64,000 nucleotides of DNA. Origin: Candidatus Falkowbacteria bacterium (GTDB lineage: Bacteria; Patescibacteriota; Patescibacteriia; XYB2-FULL-38-15). Where the stretch lies: assembly GCA_016214745.1 (NCBI GenBank), contig JACRNW010000016.1, forward strand, positions 591-64,590. The letters run 5' to 3'. A program made the translations under genes and the position numbers. How positions within the stretch are numbered: the first letter of the stretch is position 1; each line of letters starts with the position of its first letter. Shown piece after piece: positions 18,969-27,632 of this stretch. The notes beneath the pieces were generated by a model. It had not been told where the DNA came from. It saw nothing but the letters and a program-made list of their open reading frames with translations, and did not search any database.

Positions 18969-19541
18969 ATGAAAAAATATTTCAAACTAAAAATACCGTC
19001 TCTTATTCTCAACCCGACGATTTTATTTTTTATTTTTTTATCGGCTGGAATTCTGCTCGGGGCAACGCCCGCCCTGGGAGAATGCAATTGCTCAACCGGC
19101 GCATTTGGTTCATCCTGGACAACCACGGATCCTTGTTTCGCTGACAGCGATTGCTCTCTGCCGTGCGAACGGACTGTTCCGGGAGGCGTAACGCCTACGA
19201 GTCTATCTTATACGTGCGCTACGACAAGCGTCCCGAGCGGCGGGACAACAACTCCTGGCGCGCCGGAAAAAATTAAATTGGAAAATCCCCTTGGCGGCGG
19301 GACTGGCGTAACCTCTGTCCCACTCCTCATCGGCAATATTATCAAAACTATTTTAATGATTGTCGGCGCCCTGGCGCTCGCCATGTTTGTTTACGGCGGC
19401 TTTACTTGGCTCACCTCCGGAGGCAGCGCCGATAAAGTTAAAAAGGGCAAAGATATTTTGATTTGGGCGACTATCGGCCTCATTGTCATTTTTACGAGCT
19501 ATACTTTGGTAGACTTCTTATTAACCGCATTAGGAATTTAA
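18969..19541 (+). CDS. CPR pilin-like protein 3 with Cys-rich N-terminal domain
   Basis: 6 Cys; FVYGGFTWLTSGGSADKVKKGKDILIWATIG. Confidence 0.8.
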   Translation: MKKYFKLKIPSLILNPTILFFIFLSAGILLGATPALGECNCSTGAFGSSWTTTDPCFADSDCSLPCERTVPGGVTPTSLSYTCATTSVPSGGTTTPGAPEKIKLENPLGGGTGVTSVPLLIGNIIKTILMIVGALALAMFVYGGFTWLTSGGSADKVKKGKDILIWATIGLIVIFTSYTLVDFLLTALGI

Positions 19542-19542
19542 A

Positions 19543-20223
19543 ATGTTTATCACGCGACAAAAATTTTTTACTTTAATACCCCTCTTCTCTTTTTTATTTT
19601 TCTTTTTACCTATTTTCCCGGTTGATGCCCAGGAAGAATGCCGCTGCTATGTTTATGGCAGTTTTGACCGCGAAGAAGCAACCTGCAACAGCCGGTGCCC
19701 GAGCATTTGCGGAGCAATAAGCGACCGATCCTTGGAAAATTGGAATATTGATCTTCGTCTTTCTCCCGAATGTCGCGCCGCAGACGGCCAATGGCAATGC
19801 AACTGCTATATTTCCCAAGCTTTGCGCGGCGTTTCCACTGAAGAAGCATGCAGTGATATTTGTTACGCCCTAACCGTGCCTAACGCAGAGCTAACCGGTG
19901 AATTTAGAGATTTTGGTGTGGCGGAAGAAGCAGCCCCGAAAACTGAAGAAGAAGAATTTCCAACCTACAAAATTAAATCTCCGATCGGCGAAGTGACCGG
20001 ACCGGAACTTATTGGCCGAATTATTAAAACAGTCCTTGGCGTTGTTGGCGCCCTGGCTTTGGCCATGTTTGTTTACGGCGGCTTTACTTGGTTGACCTCG
20101 GCCGGCAGTGCTGATAAAATAAAGAAAGGCAAAGATATCTTAATTTGGGCGACTATCGGCCTTATTGTCATTTTTACCAGTTATACTTTAGTGGATTTTG
20201 TTTTACGAGCCTTTGGATTATAA
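19543..20223 (+). CDS. CPR pilin-like protein 4 with Cys-rich N-terminal domain
   Basis: 10 Cys; FVYGGFTWLTSAGSADKIKKGKDILIWATIG. Confidence 0.8.
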   Translation: MFITRQKFFTLIPLFSFLFFFLPIFPVDAQEECRCYVYGSFDREEATCNSRCPSICGAISDRSLENWNIDLRLSPECRAADGQWQCNCYISQALRGVSTEEACSDICYALTVPNAELTGEFRDFGVAEEAAPKTEEEEFPTYKIKSPIGEVTGPELIGRIIKTVLGVVGALALAMFVYGGFTWLTSAGSADKIKKGKDILIWATIGLIVIFTSYTLVDFVLRAFGL

Positions 20224-20310
20224 ACAGTTACACAAATTATCTAAAAAACTTAAACAAATTAATTGTTAACTGTTAAATGTTAGCAGTTATCCCGAAAGGG
20301 GGTGAAGAAA

Positions 20311-20676
20311 ATGAAAAAACTATTTATCTGTTTGACGGTGCTCGCTCTTTTGACTCCAGTTTTGGTCTCCGCGCAAACGAATGACATCTTGGGCCTGAAT
20401 GTCATTAACAATGCCAATATCGGCTTGCAAGCTTCAGATCCGAGAGCTGTTGCCGCGAAAATCATTAACGTGGCGTTGGGCTTCTTGGGCATCATCGCCG
20501 TGGTCATTGTTCTTTACGGAGGCTTTGTGTGGATGACGGCGGCTGGCAACGAGGAAAGAATTTCCAAAGCGAAACAAATCCTTACTGCCGGTATCATCGG
20601 CTTAGTCATTATCGTAATGGCTTGGGCAATCGCCTCTTATGTTGTAAGAACTTTGATGAACGTTACAAACACCTAA
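20311..20676 (+). CDS. CPR pilin-like protein 5 (candidate major subunit)
   Basis: Purine-rich SD-like site AAAGGGGG, own terminator at 20684-20712; YGGFVWMTAAGNEERISKAKQILTAGIIG. Confidence 0.8.
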   Translation: MKKLFICLTVLALLTPVLVSAQTNDILGLNVINNANIGLQASDPRAVAAKIINVALGFLGIIAVVIVLYGGFVWMTAAGNEERISKAKQILTAGIIGLVIIVMAWAIASYVVRTLMNVTNT

Positions 20677-20683
20677 TTTAAAA

Positions 20684-20712
20684 ATGGGGTGGGGGTAAAT
20701 CCCCACCCCATT
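20684..20712 (+). terminator. hairpin terminator after pilin 5
   Basis: ATGGGGTGGGG-loop-CCCCACCCCAT. Confidence 0.6.
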
Positions 20713-20729
20713 CTCGATTGTCTTGTATG

Positions 20730-20862
20730 TCCCGTTAGAAGTTCTTGACAGAAAAATTTTATCAAAAATTTTTCTTTATAAAACTAACGGCACATAAAAT
20801 TTAAACGACACCACTGTTATAAAGATACAACAATAAATTAAATCGACAAACTTCTAACGGGA
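20730..20862. repeat. inverted-repeat (MITE-like) element TCCCGTTAGAAGTT/AACTTCTAACGGGA
   Basis: Perfect 14-bp terminal IR enclosing AT-rich DNA. Confidence 0.65.
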
Positions 20863-20863
20863 T

Positions 20864-21295
20864 ATGTTTTTAAAAATAGAAAAAATAAAAATTTTTAAAT
20901 TTATCTGCGTCGCAGCGACTCTTTTACTTTTATTCGGCGCGAACCTTGCTCTTGCTCAACCCACTGACGGCGAAAAAACTGATAGCGATGCAAGTGGCGT
21001 CCGCTCTGGCCTAGAAAATACGGCTGAAGCCGCCGGAATTCCCAAAACGGGCGGCGAAGAAGCCATCCCAAATCTCATCGGCAGCATTATTATGGGCGCG
21101 CTCGGTTCTGTCGGCATCATTTTTTTAATTTTAATGATCATTGGCGGCGTAATGTGGATGACTGCTTCCGGCAATGAAGAACGAGTCAACAAAGCAAAGG
21201 GTTTGATTACTAACGCGGTGATCGGCATGATTATTGTTTTCTCCGCTTACGCCATTACTTATTTTGTGACTGAAACTTTACTTGGAACCAGATGA
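20864..21295 (+). CDS. CPR pilin-like protein 6
   Basis: IGGVMWMTASGNEERVNKAKGLITNAVIG. Confidence 0.8.
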   Translation: MFLKIEKIKIFKFICVAATLLLLFGANLALAQPTDGEKTDSDASGVRSGLENTAEAAGIPKTGGEEAIPNLIGSIIMGALGSVGIIFLILMIIGGVMWMTASGNEERVNKAKGLITNAVIGMIIVFSAYAITYFVTETLLGTR

Positions 21296-21795
21296 AAAAC
21301 TTAAAAAAAATTCTAATCATTTTTTTCCCTTTAGCTGTTTTAGCCGCCGTATTTTTCTTTTTTAAAGACACCGCTTTGGCACAATCAATTTTCGGCGGGC
21401 TTGAAGGCGCGCGAAAAACAGCCGGATTTTCCGAAGATACAAATATTTATTCCAGAATTGGAATGTTAATTTCTGTTTTTCTCGGTTTTGTCGGAGTGAT
21501 TTTTTTGGGCCTTACTCTTTACGGCGGATTTATTTGGATGATTGCTCGCGGCAATGAACAGGAAATTGAAAAAGCAAAAAAATTAATTGAAGCGGCCGTA
21601 ATCGGCCTCGCCATAGTCTTCGCCGCTTATGCCATTACTTATTTTGTGACCTCGCGTTTGCTTTCCACGAGCAGCGGGAGCGGCGCGGCGACCTGCGCTG
21701 AAGGCACAACTCTTTGCACCTGCCCCGGAGCCGGCTCCGCGTGTCTTGACCCCGGCGAATCTTGCGAAGAATTATGCGGGTCGGTTACTCCTTAA
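21292..21795 (+). CDS. CPR pilin-like protein 7 with C-terminal Cys-rich tail
   Basis: YGGFIWMIARGNEQEIEKAKKLIEAAVIG; 6-Cys tail. Confidence 0.8.
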   Translation: MKNLKKILIIFFPLAVLAAVFFFFKDTALAQSIFGGLEGARKTAGFSEDTNIYSRIGMLISVFLGFVGVIFLGLTLYGGFIWMIARGNEQEIEKAKKLIEAAVIGLAIVFAAYAITYFVTSRLLSTSSGSGAATCAEGTTLCTCPGAGSACLDPGESCEELCGSVTP

Positions 21796-21819
21796 TACTT
21801 TAAATTAATTAAATATTTT

Positions 21820-22245
21820 ATGGCTAAATTTAAAAAAATATTTATTGCTTGTTGCTTTGTCTTGGCACTTTTCACTCTTGCGGTGCCCCTTCTTTCTTCT
21901 GCCGTGGCTGAACCCGGAGACGCTTTAAACAGATTGAAAGAAGTTGGTGGTTCGGCCTATGGCGTCGGCGAGGAAGAACCGAGAGATGTCACGGAAATTG
22001 TCGGCGGAATAATCAAAACCGCTCTCTCGATTATGGGCATAGTTGCTGCAATTTTAATCATTTATGCCGGTTATGTTTGGATGACGGCCCGCGGCAAAGA
22101 AGAACGTGTCACCAAAGCCAAAGAAACTTTGGAGGCGGCAATTATCGGTTTAATTATTATCATGGCGGCCTACGCCTTTACCTACTTTGTAGTGGATCGT
22201 ATAATGCAAGCTTCAAGTACTCCAACTACAACACCAACACCTTAA
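21820..22245 (+). CDS. CPR pilin-like protein 8
   Basis: YAGYVWMTARGKEERVTKAKETLEAAIIG. Confidence 0.8.
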   Translation: MAKFKKIFIACCFVLALFTLAVPLLSSAVAEPGDALNRLKEVGGSAYGVGEEEPRDVTEIVGGIIKTALSIMGIVAAILIIYAGYVWMTARGKEERVTKAKETLEAAIIGLIIIMAAYAFTYFVVDRIMQASSTPTTTPTP

Positions 22246-22254
22246 ATTAAAAAT

Positions 22255-22638
22255 ATGAAATTTATCTCTAAAAAATTATTTATTTCCTCATTCCTGATTT
22301 TAATCCTCCTCTCCGCCCTGCCGGCCTTTGCTCAGATAGAAGGATTAGAAAACTTCGGCAAAGCAGCCGACTACGTTGCTGATACAAGTGCTACTCCCAA
22401 GGAGCCGGCAGAAATCGTCGGAGGGCTTATCAGTACCGTTCTCAGTGTTTTGGGTGTTATTGCCGTTGTTTTAATTATCTATGCCGGTTTTATTTGGATG
22501 ACTGCGGCGGGCAACACGGAAAAAATTGATAAGGCAAAAAAAATTCTCGGAAATGCCGTGATTGGATTAATTATTATTCTAATGGCATACAGCATCACTT
22601 ATTTTGTCACGAGATCTTTATTGAACGCCACAAGATAA
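22255..22638 (+). CDS. CPR pilin-like protein 9
   Basis: YAGFIWMTAAGNTEKIDKAKKILGNAVIG. Confidence 0.8.
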   Translation: MKFISKKLFISSFLILILLSALPAFAQIEGLENFGKAADYVADTSATPKEPAEIVGGLISTVLSVLGVIAVVLIIYAGFIWMTAAGNTEKIDKAKKILGNAVIGLIIILMAYSITYFVTRSLLNATR

Positions 22639-22653
22639 ATAAAATTTTAGTTT

Positions 22654-22692
22654 AAAAAAATCGGGCGAGCGCTCTACGCAGAGTGCTCGCCC
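22654..22692 (-). terminator. intrinsic terminator of GC-rich two-gene cassette
   Basis: GGGCGAGCACTCT-loop-AGAGCGCTCGCCC followed by T-tract on minus strand. Confidence 0.8.
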
Positions 22693-22713
22693 TTGTTGTT
22701 GTGTCCTCCCTCG

Positions 22714-23247
22714 TCACCGGCCAGCCGAGGTCGGCGAAACTGTTCCGCAGTCCAGGTTGCCGATCTCGACGCCGTGATGCCCCCGCCCGGTGGCGTCGAT
22801 CCAGAAACTCCTGACGCAATTCGCCACGTGCTGCAAGGGCGGCGGACCGATGTAGCCCTTGGCCTTGATCTCGTGCTGACCGACCGCGTCCGCGATGACC
22901 CAACAGGTTTCGCCCGGGGGCAAGAACCCACCGGTCTCCGGTAGATCGATGGCCGGTTCATCGATCCAAATCCGAAGAGAAATCTCGGTCTCGTTCGTGA
23001 CCGGCAAGCACCTCGGCCCCTCGCACCAGGGCGGCGGCCGGTGCAAAAAGCACACGTTCGACGGCGGTACCTCGTAGGCCCCGGACAGCGGATCCACCGG
23101 ATACGCCGCGTAAGCGGGGTAAGCAGCCGGCAGGCCACCTACCATGTAGGGTGCCTGAGCCGGGTAGGTCCCGTAACCGTAGCTGCCGCCCCAGAGGCCG
23201 CAACCGAGCGAAGCGACCACGAACATCATCGAGACGAACTTCGTCAT
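22714..23247 (-). CDS. GC-rich predicted lipoprotein, Y/G/P-rich N-terminus and Cys-containing domain
   Basis: SD GAAGGGAG; signal peptide ending SLGC; start overlaps upstream stop. Confidence 0.7.
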   Translation of the reverse strand: MTKFVSMMFVVASLGCGLWGGSYGYGTYPAQAPYMVGGLPAAYPAYAAYPVDPLSGAYEVPPSNVCFLHRPPPWCEGPRCLPVTNETEISLRIWIDEPAIDLPETGGFLPPGETCWVIADAVGQHEIKAKGYIGPPPLQHVANCVRSFWIDATGRGHHGVEIGNLDCGTVSPTSAGR

Positions 23248-23651
23248 GGCTGTCTCCCTTCCAAGGCGTCAAGCCGCCGATCGTAATCGTCGGCGTCTTC
23301 TTCGAGATCCTCCGCCCTCTCTTCGAGTGCTGGATCCCGAGTCTGGCCGTAGCCGTACTGGCCGTAGCCGTAGTAGTTCGACGAACCACCGTAACCGTAC
23401 CCGCCGGAGTAACCTCTGTAGCAGCGTTCCGGATGGCCGCCGCGCCTTTCGCCCTGGCTTCGGAGGCAGCTGCCTTCGTCCCGGATCCGATCGGCCTGGG
23501 CCGACGTCAGGTCGGCCGCCGACATTTCCATGGGACCGGGTCCCATGAACCCGTTGGCCTCGTAGGTCATGCCGCCGCTCCGAAGACTCGTCTGAGCCGT
23601 GAAGCAGCCGGACATCGCAAACATCACGAACAACGCCGCGAAAAGCCTCAT
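23244..23651 (-). CDS. GC-rich predicted lipoprotein with GYG repeats and C-terminal coiled coil
   Basis: SD AGGGAGG before ATG 23651 (MRLFAALFVMFAMSGC, lipobox-like). Confidence 0.7.
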   Translation of the reverse strand: MRLFAALFVMFAMSGCFTAQTSLRSGGMTYEANGFMGPGPMEMSAADLTSAQADRIRDEGSCLRSQGERRGGHPERCYRGYSGGYGYGGSSNYYGYGQYGYGQTRDPALEERAEDLEEDADDYDRRLDALEGRQP

Positions 23652-23733
23652 TCCACACCTCCCTTGGGGCCCCAAGCCCCATGTTTTAAAAGAAAAGAAC
23701 CATCCGTACCCCCATTAAGGAGCAGGACATTTT

Positions 23734-23762
23734 ACTGTAGCATAAAAACCTATTTTCGTCAA
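23734..23762 (-). promoter_or_regulatory. sigma70 promoter of GC-rich cassette
   Basis: TTGACG-17 bp-TACAGT with extended -10 TG. Confidence 0.65.
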
Positions 23763-23822
23763 GAGCTTGAAAAACTTTATAATTAGCCAAAATTTTAACT
23801 TCTGCCCGGCCAGATTTTTCCC

Positions 23823-23901
23823 TTTTCCACAACTTTTTGTGGATAAATTGTTTATAACCGCATAAAATTCACTTGACAAGCCTAAAATACCCTGCTAAAT
23901 T
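23823..23901 (+). promoter_or_regulatory. rpoBC promoter with upstream DnaA-box-like sites
   Basis: TTGACA (23873)-17 bp-TAAATT; perfect TGTGGATAA at 23838-23846 and TTTTCCACA at 23823-23831. Confidence 0.6.
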
Positions 23902-24237
23902 AAAGGTAATAAGGGGCGTTAAGCCCCGTGTTGACTGCGCTCACTCGGAAATGAAAGCGATTTCATTTCTCTCGCTCGCTTGTCAATAATAAAGTCCCCT
24001 ACTTTACTTGTTGTAAAATTACGCAAGGAACACCCAGGCAAATCGTCCTGGAAGTTCAAAAAAAGTGAGGGATAATCCTGCCAAAGTCCCGTAGAACGCG
24101 GGACGCAAATATTAAATGCATACACGGCAGTGGAAAAAACTTGATTTATCCTCTTAAAGCTCACCCAAAAAGAGGAGGGAGCTCTTTTTGTGTTTTTTTG
24201 TCAAATATTAAAAATAATTTAAAATAATTTTATAAAT

Positions 24238-27200
24238 ATGCCCACCGAAGTCGCACCGCGAAAAGTTTTTACAAAAATTTCAGAGGTCATTCCTCTGCCA
24301 GACTTGATTGAACTCCAAAAAAAATCTTACGAATGGTTTTTTAAAAAGGGCCTGTCCGAACTTTTTGAAGAAATTTCTCCCATCAGAGATATTATGGGCC
24401 GAGATCTTGAACTTTATTTTTCGGAATATTATCTTGATGAGCCGAAATTTGATGAAATCACGAGCAAGGCAAAAAATGTTAATTTTGAAGCACCGCTTCG
24501 CGTCAAAGCACGGCTGACCAACAAAAAAACCGGCGAACTTAAAGAGCAAGAAATTTATCTCGGCGACATGCCTTTAATGACTGATCGGGGAACTTTTATT
24601 ATCAATGGCATTGAACGCGCGGTTGTTTCGCAACTTGTCCGCTCGGCCGGTGTATTTTTTACTTCAGAAACTCATCATGGCCGAAGATCATATGGCGCGA
24701 AAATTATTCCGAACCGCGGCGCCTGGCTTGAAATTGAAACCGATCAATCTGGCGTGATCTGGGTAAAAATTGATCGCAAAAGAAAAGTCGCCGTTACCTC
24801 GCTTCTCCGCGCTTTTGGTTATGGAATTGACGACGAAATAATTTCTCTTTTTAAAGACGTTGATACCGACCAGGAGACAAGCTACATAAAAAATACTCTG
24901 GAAAAAGATATTGCTCATTCGGAAGACGAAGGCTTAAAAGAAGTTTACAAAAGAATCCGTCCCGGAGATCTCGCCACGGTAGACAACGCCCGCTCGCTGA
25001 TTTATGCCATGTTTTTTCGTTTTGACCGTTATGATTTCAGCATGGTTGGCCGTTACAAGTTCAATCAACGTTTCGGCATTGGCGGCGAAGTGGAAGATAC
25101 AAAAGAAAACAGAATTTTCCGCCGGGAAGATTTGGTAACTATCATCAAAGAAATTATCCGATTAAATATTACCCAGGAACCGGCTGACGATATTGATCAC
25201 TTGGGCAATCGCCGTATCAGAGCGGTCGGAGAATTGGTACAAAATCGTTTCCGCATCGGATTGGCCAGAATGGAACGCATCGTGAAAGACCGGATGAGTA
25301 CGATTGACATTCTCGCGCTTACTCCGAATAAATTGATTAACGCAAAACCGGTCATCGGCGCGGTCAAAGAATTTTTCATGTCTTCTCAGTTATCGCAATT
25401 TATGGACCAAACAAATCCTTTGGCCGAACTGGAACATAAACGCCGACTTTCCTCCATGGGTCCGGGCGGTCTCTCCCGCGAACGAGCCGGCTTTGAAGTC
25501 CGCGACGTGCATCCGACTCACTACAGCCGCATCTGCCCGATCGCGACTCCTGAAGGCCCGAATATCGGTTTGGTCGGCCATCTTTCTTCTTACGCCCGCG
25601 TCAACGAGTACGGTTTTATTGAAGCGCCTTACCGAAAAGTAATTCGTGAATTGCCAAACGACGGCAAATCGGCAATCGGGGAAATTTTGCGGGAAGAAGT
25701 CGCGGGAGAAAAAGCTGAAACAAAAATTACCAAAGAAATCGCCTCAAATTTAGCCAAAGAAAAAACTTTAAAAACTATCCAAGTTAAACCTCATGTCACG
25801 GATGAAGTGGTTTATTTAAATGCTTTCACTGAAGAAAAAGCCGTCACCACGCCGGCCACCACGCCGATTGATGAAAACGGTTATTTTTTGGCGGAAAAAA
25901 CCGGCGTCCGAAAATACGGCAAGCCAAGCATTGAATATGTTTGGAATGTTGATTACATGGATGTTTCGCCAAAACAAATCGTAAGCGTCGGCACTGCCTT
26001 GATTCCATTTTTAGAACATGATGATGCTATCCGCGCGCTTATGGGAACAAACATGCAACGTCAGGCCGTACCGGTCATCCGGCCGGAAGCGCCGATTGTC
26101 GGCACGGGTATAGAAGATCGCGCCGCGAGAGATTCTGGCCACGTAAAAATTGCCGAAGAAGACGGCCGGGTCGTGGAAGTTGAGGGCGACAAAGTTCATG
26201 TTGTGGAAAAAAATGATAAATTCAAAATTTATCGGCTGAATAAATTCGCCCGCTCCAACGCTTCAACCTGTATCAACCAGCGGCCAATCGTAAATAAAGA
26301 TCAAAAAATTAAAAAGGGCGACGCTCTGGCCGACGGTCCGGCCACGGAGGGCGGCGAATTGGCGCTCGGCCAAAATATGCTGGTGGCTTTCATGGCCTGG
26401 GAAGGATATAACTATGAAGACGCGGTTATTATTTCTGAAAAAGTTGTCCGCGATGATCGCTTTACTTCAATCCATATTGAAAATTATCAAATTGACGTCC
26501 GCGACACCAAACTCGGTCCGGAAATCGTGACCAACGACATTCCAAACGTCAGTGAAGAAAAATTAAAAAATCTTGATGAGAACGGCATTGTAAGAATCGG
26601 CGCCAAAGTTTCTTCCGGCGATATTTTGGTTGGAAAAATTACGCCAAAAGGCGAAACTGAACTTTCCGCGGAAGAAAAATTGCTCCGCGCCATCTTCGGC
26701 GAAAAAGCCCGCGATGTCCGCGACACCTCACTTTACTTGGAGCACGGCGAACATGGCAAAGTGGTTGATATTAAAATTTTCTCCCAAGAAACCGGCGATA
26801 AATTACCGCCTGGTGTTATTAAATCCATCCAAGTCGCGGTGGCTGACATGAGAAAACTTCAAGTCGGCGACAAATTGGCCGGCCGCCACGGCAACAAAGG
26901 CGTTGTTTCTAAAATTGTTCCGATTGAAGATATGCCCTTCCTCCCGACCGGCGTACCGATTGATATTATTCTCTCCCCGCTCGGCGTTGTCTCTCGTATG
27001 AACATCGGCCAAATTTTGGAAACTCATCTTGGAATCGCCGCGAAAACTTTGGGATACAAAACTATTACCCCGATCTTGGATGGTATTCCCGAAGAAACTA
27101 TCCGGCAAGAACTGATAAAGGCTGGTTTTCCCGGAGACGGAAAAATTACTCTTTATAACGGCAAGACCGGCGAATCTTTTGATAAAAAAACCACCGTCGG

Positions 27201-27594
27201 CCAGATTTATATGTTGAAACTGAACCATATGGTGGAAGATAAAATCCATCAACGCTCCATCGGTCCGTACTCGCTTATAACCCAGCAGCCGCTCGGCGGT
27301 AAAGCGCAGTTCGGCGGCCAACGGTTTGGTGAAATGGAAGTTTGGGCGCTCGAAGGTTATGGCGCGGCTCACACGTTGCAAGAAATTCTGACCATCAAAT
27401 CCGACGACGTACCTGGCCGTTCCAAAGCGTACGAATCAATTGTTAAGGGCGAAGCGATCAAGAACTTGAACATTCCTGAATCGTTCAATGTTTTGGTCCG
27501 CGAATTAAAAGGTCTTTGCCTTGACGTTGAACTTTTAAAGAAAAAAGATGGCGGCGAAGACATGGCTCCAGCCGTTCTGGAAGAAAAGAAATAA
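24238..27594 (+). CDS. rpoB: RNA polymerase beta subunit
   Basis: [49 protein letters not shown]. Confidence 0.99.
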   Translation: MPTEVAPRKVFTKISEVIPLPDLIELQKKSYEWFFKKGLSELFEEISPIRDIMGRDLELYFSEYYLDEPKFDEITSKAKNVNFEAPLRVKARLTNKKTGELKEQEIYLGDMPLMTDRGTFIINGIERAVVSQLVRSAGVFFTSETHHGRRSYGAKIIPNRGAWLEIETDQSGVIWVKIDRKRKVAVTSLLRAFGYGIDDEIISLFKDVDTDQETSYIKNTLEKDIAHSEDEGLKEVYKRIRPGDLATVDNARSLIYAMFFRFDRYDFSMVGRYKFNQRFGIGGEVEDTKENRIFRREDLVTIIKEIIRLNITQEPADDIDHLGNRRIRAVGELVQNRFRIGLARMERIVKDRMSTIDILALTPNKLINAKPVIGAVKEFFMSSQLSQFMDQTNPLAELEHKRRLSSMGPGGLSRERAGFEVRDVHPTHYSRICPIATPEGPNIGLVGHLSSYARVNEYGFIEAPYRKVIRELPNDGKSAIGEILREEVAGEKAETKITKEIASNLAKEKTLKTIQVKPHVTDEVVYLNAFTEEKAVTTPATTPIDENGYFLAEKTGVRKYGKPSIEYVWNVDYMDVSPKQIVSVGTALIPFLEHDDAIRALMGTNMQRQAVPVIRPEAPIVGTGIEDRAARDSGHVKIAEEDGRVVEVEGDKVHVVEKNDKFKIYRLNKFARSNASTCINQRPIVNKDQKIKKGDALADGPATEGGELALGQNMLVAFMAWEGYNYEDAVIISEKVVRDDRFTSIHIENYQIDVRDTKLGPEIVTNDIPNVSEEKLKNLDENGIVRIGAKVSSGDILVGKITPKGETELSAEEKLLRAIFGEKARDVRDTSLYLEHGEHGKVVDIKIFSQETGDKLPPGVIKSIQVAVADMRKLQVGDKLAGRHGNKGVVSKIVPIEDMPFLPTGVPIDIILSPLGVVSRMNIGQILETHLGIAAKTLGYKTITPILDGIPEETIRQELIKAGFPGDGKITLYNGKTGESFDKKTTVGQIYMLKLNHMVEDKIHQRSIGPYSLITQQPLGGKAQFGGQRFGEMEVWALEGYGAAHTLQEILTIKSDDVPGRSKAYESIVKGEAIKNLNIPESFNVLVRELKGLCLDVELLKKKDGGEDMAPAVLEEKK

Positions 27595-27632
27595 CTTTAT
27601 CAAATAATATTATATAAATATTCATCTTTTAT

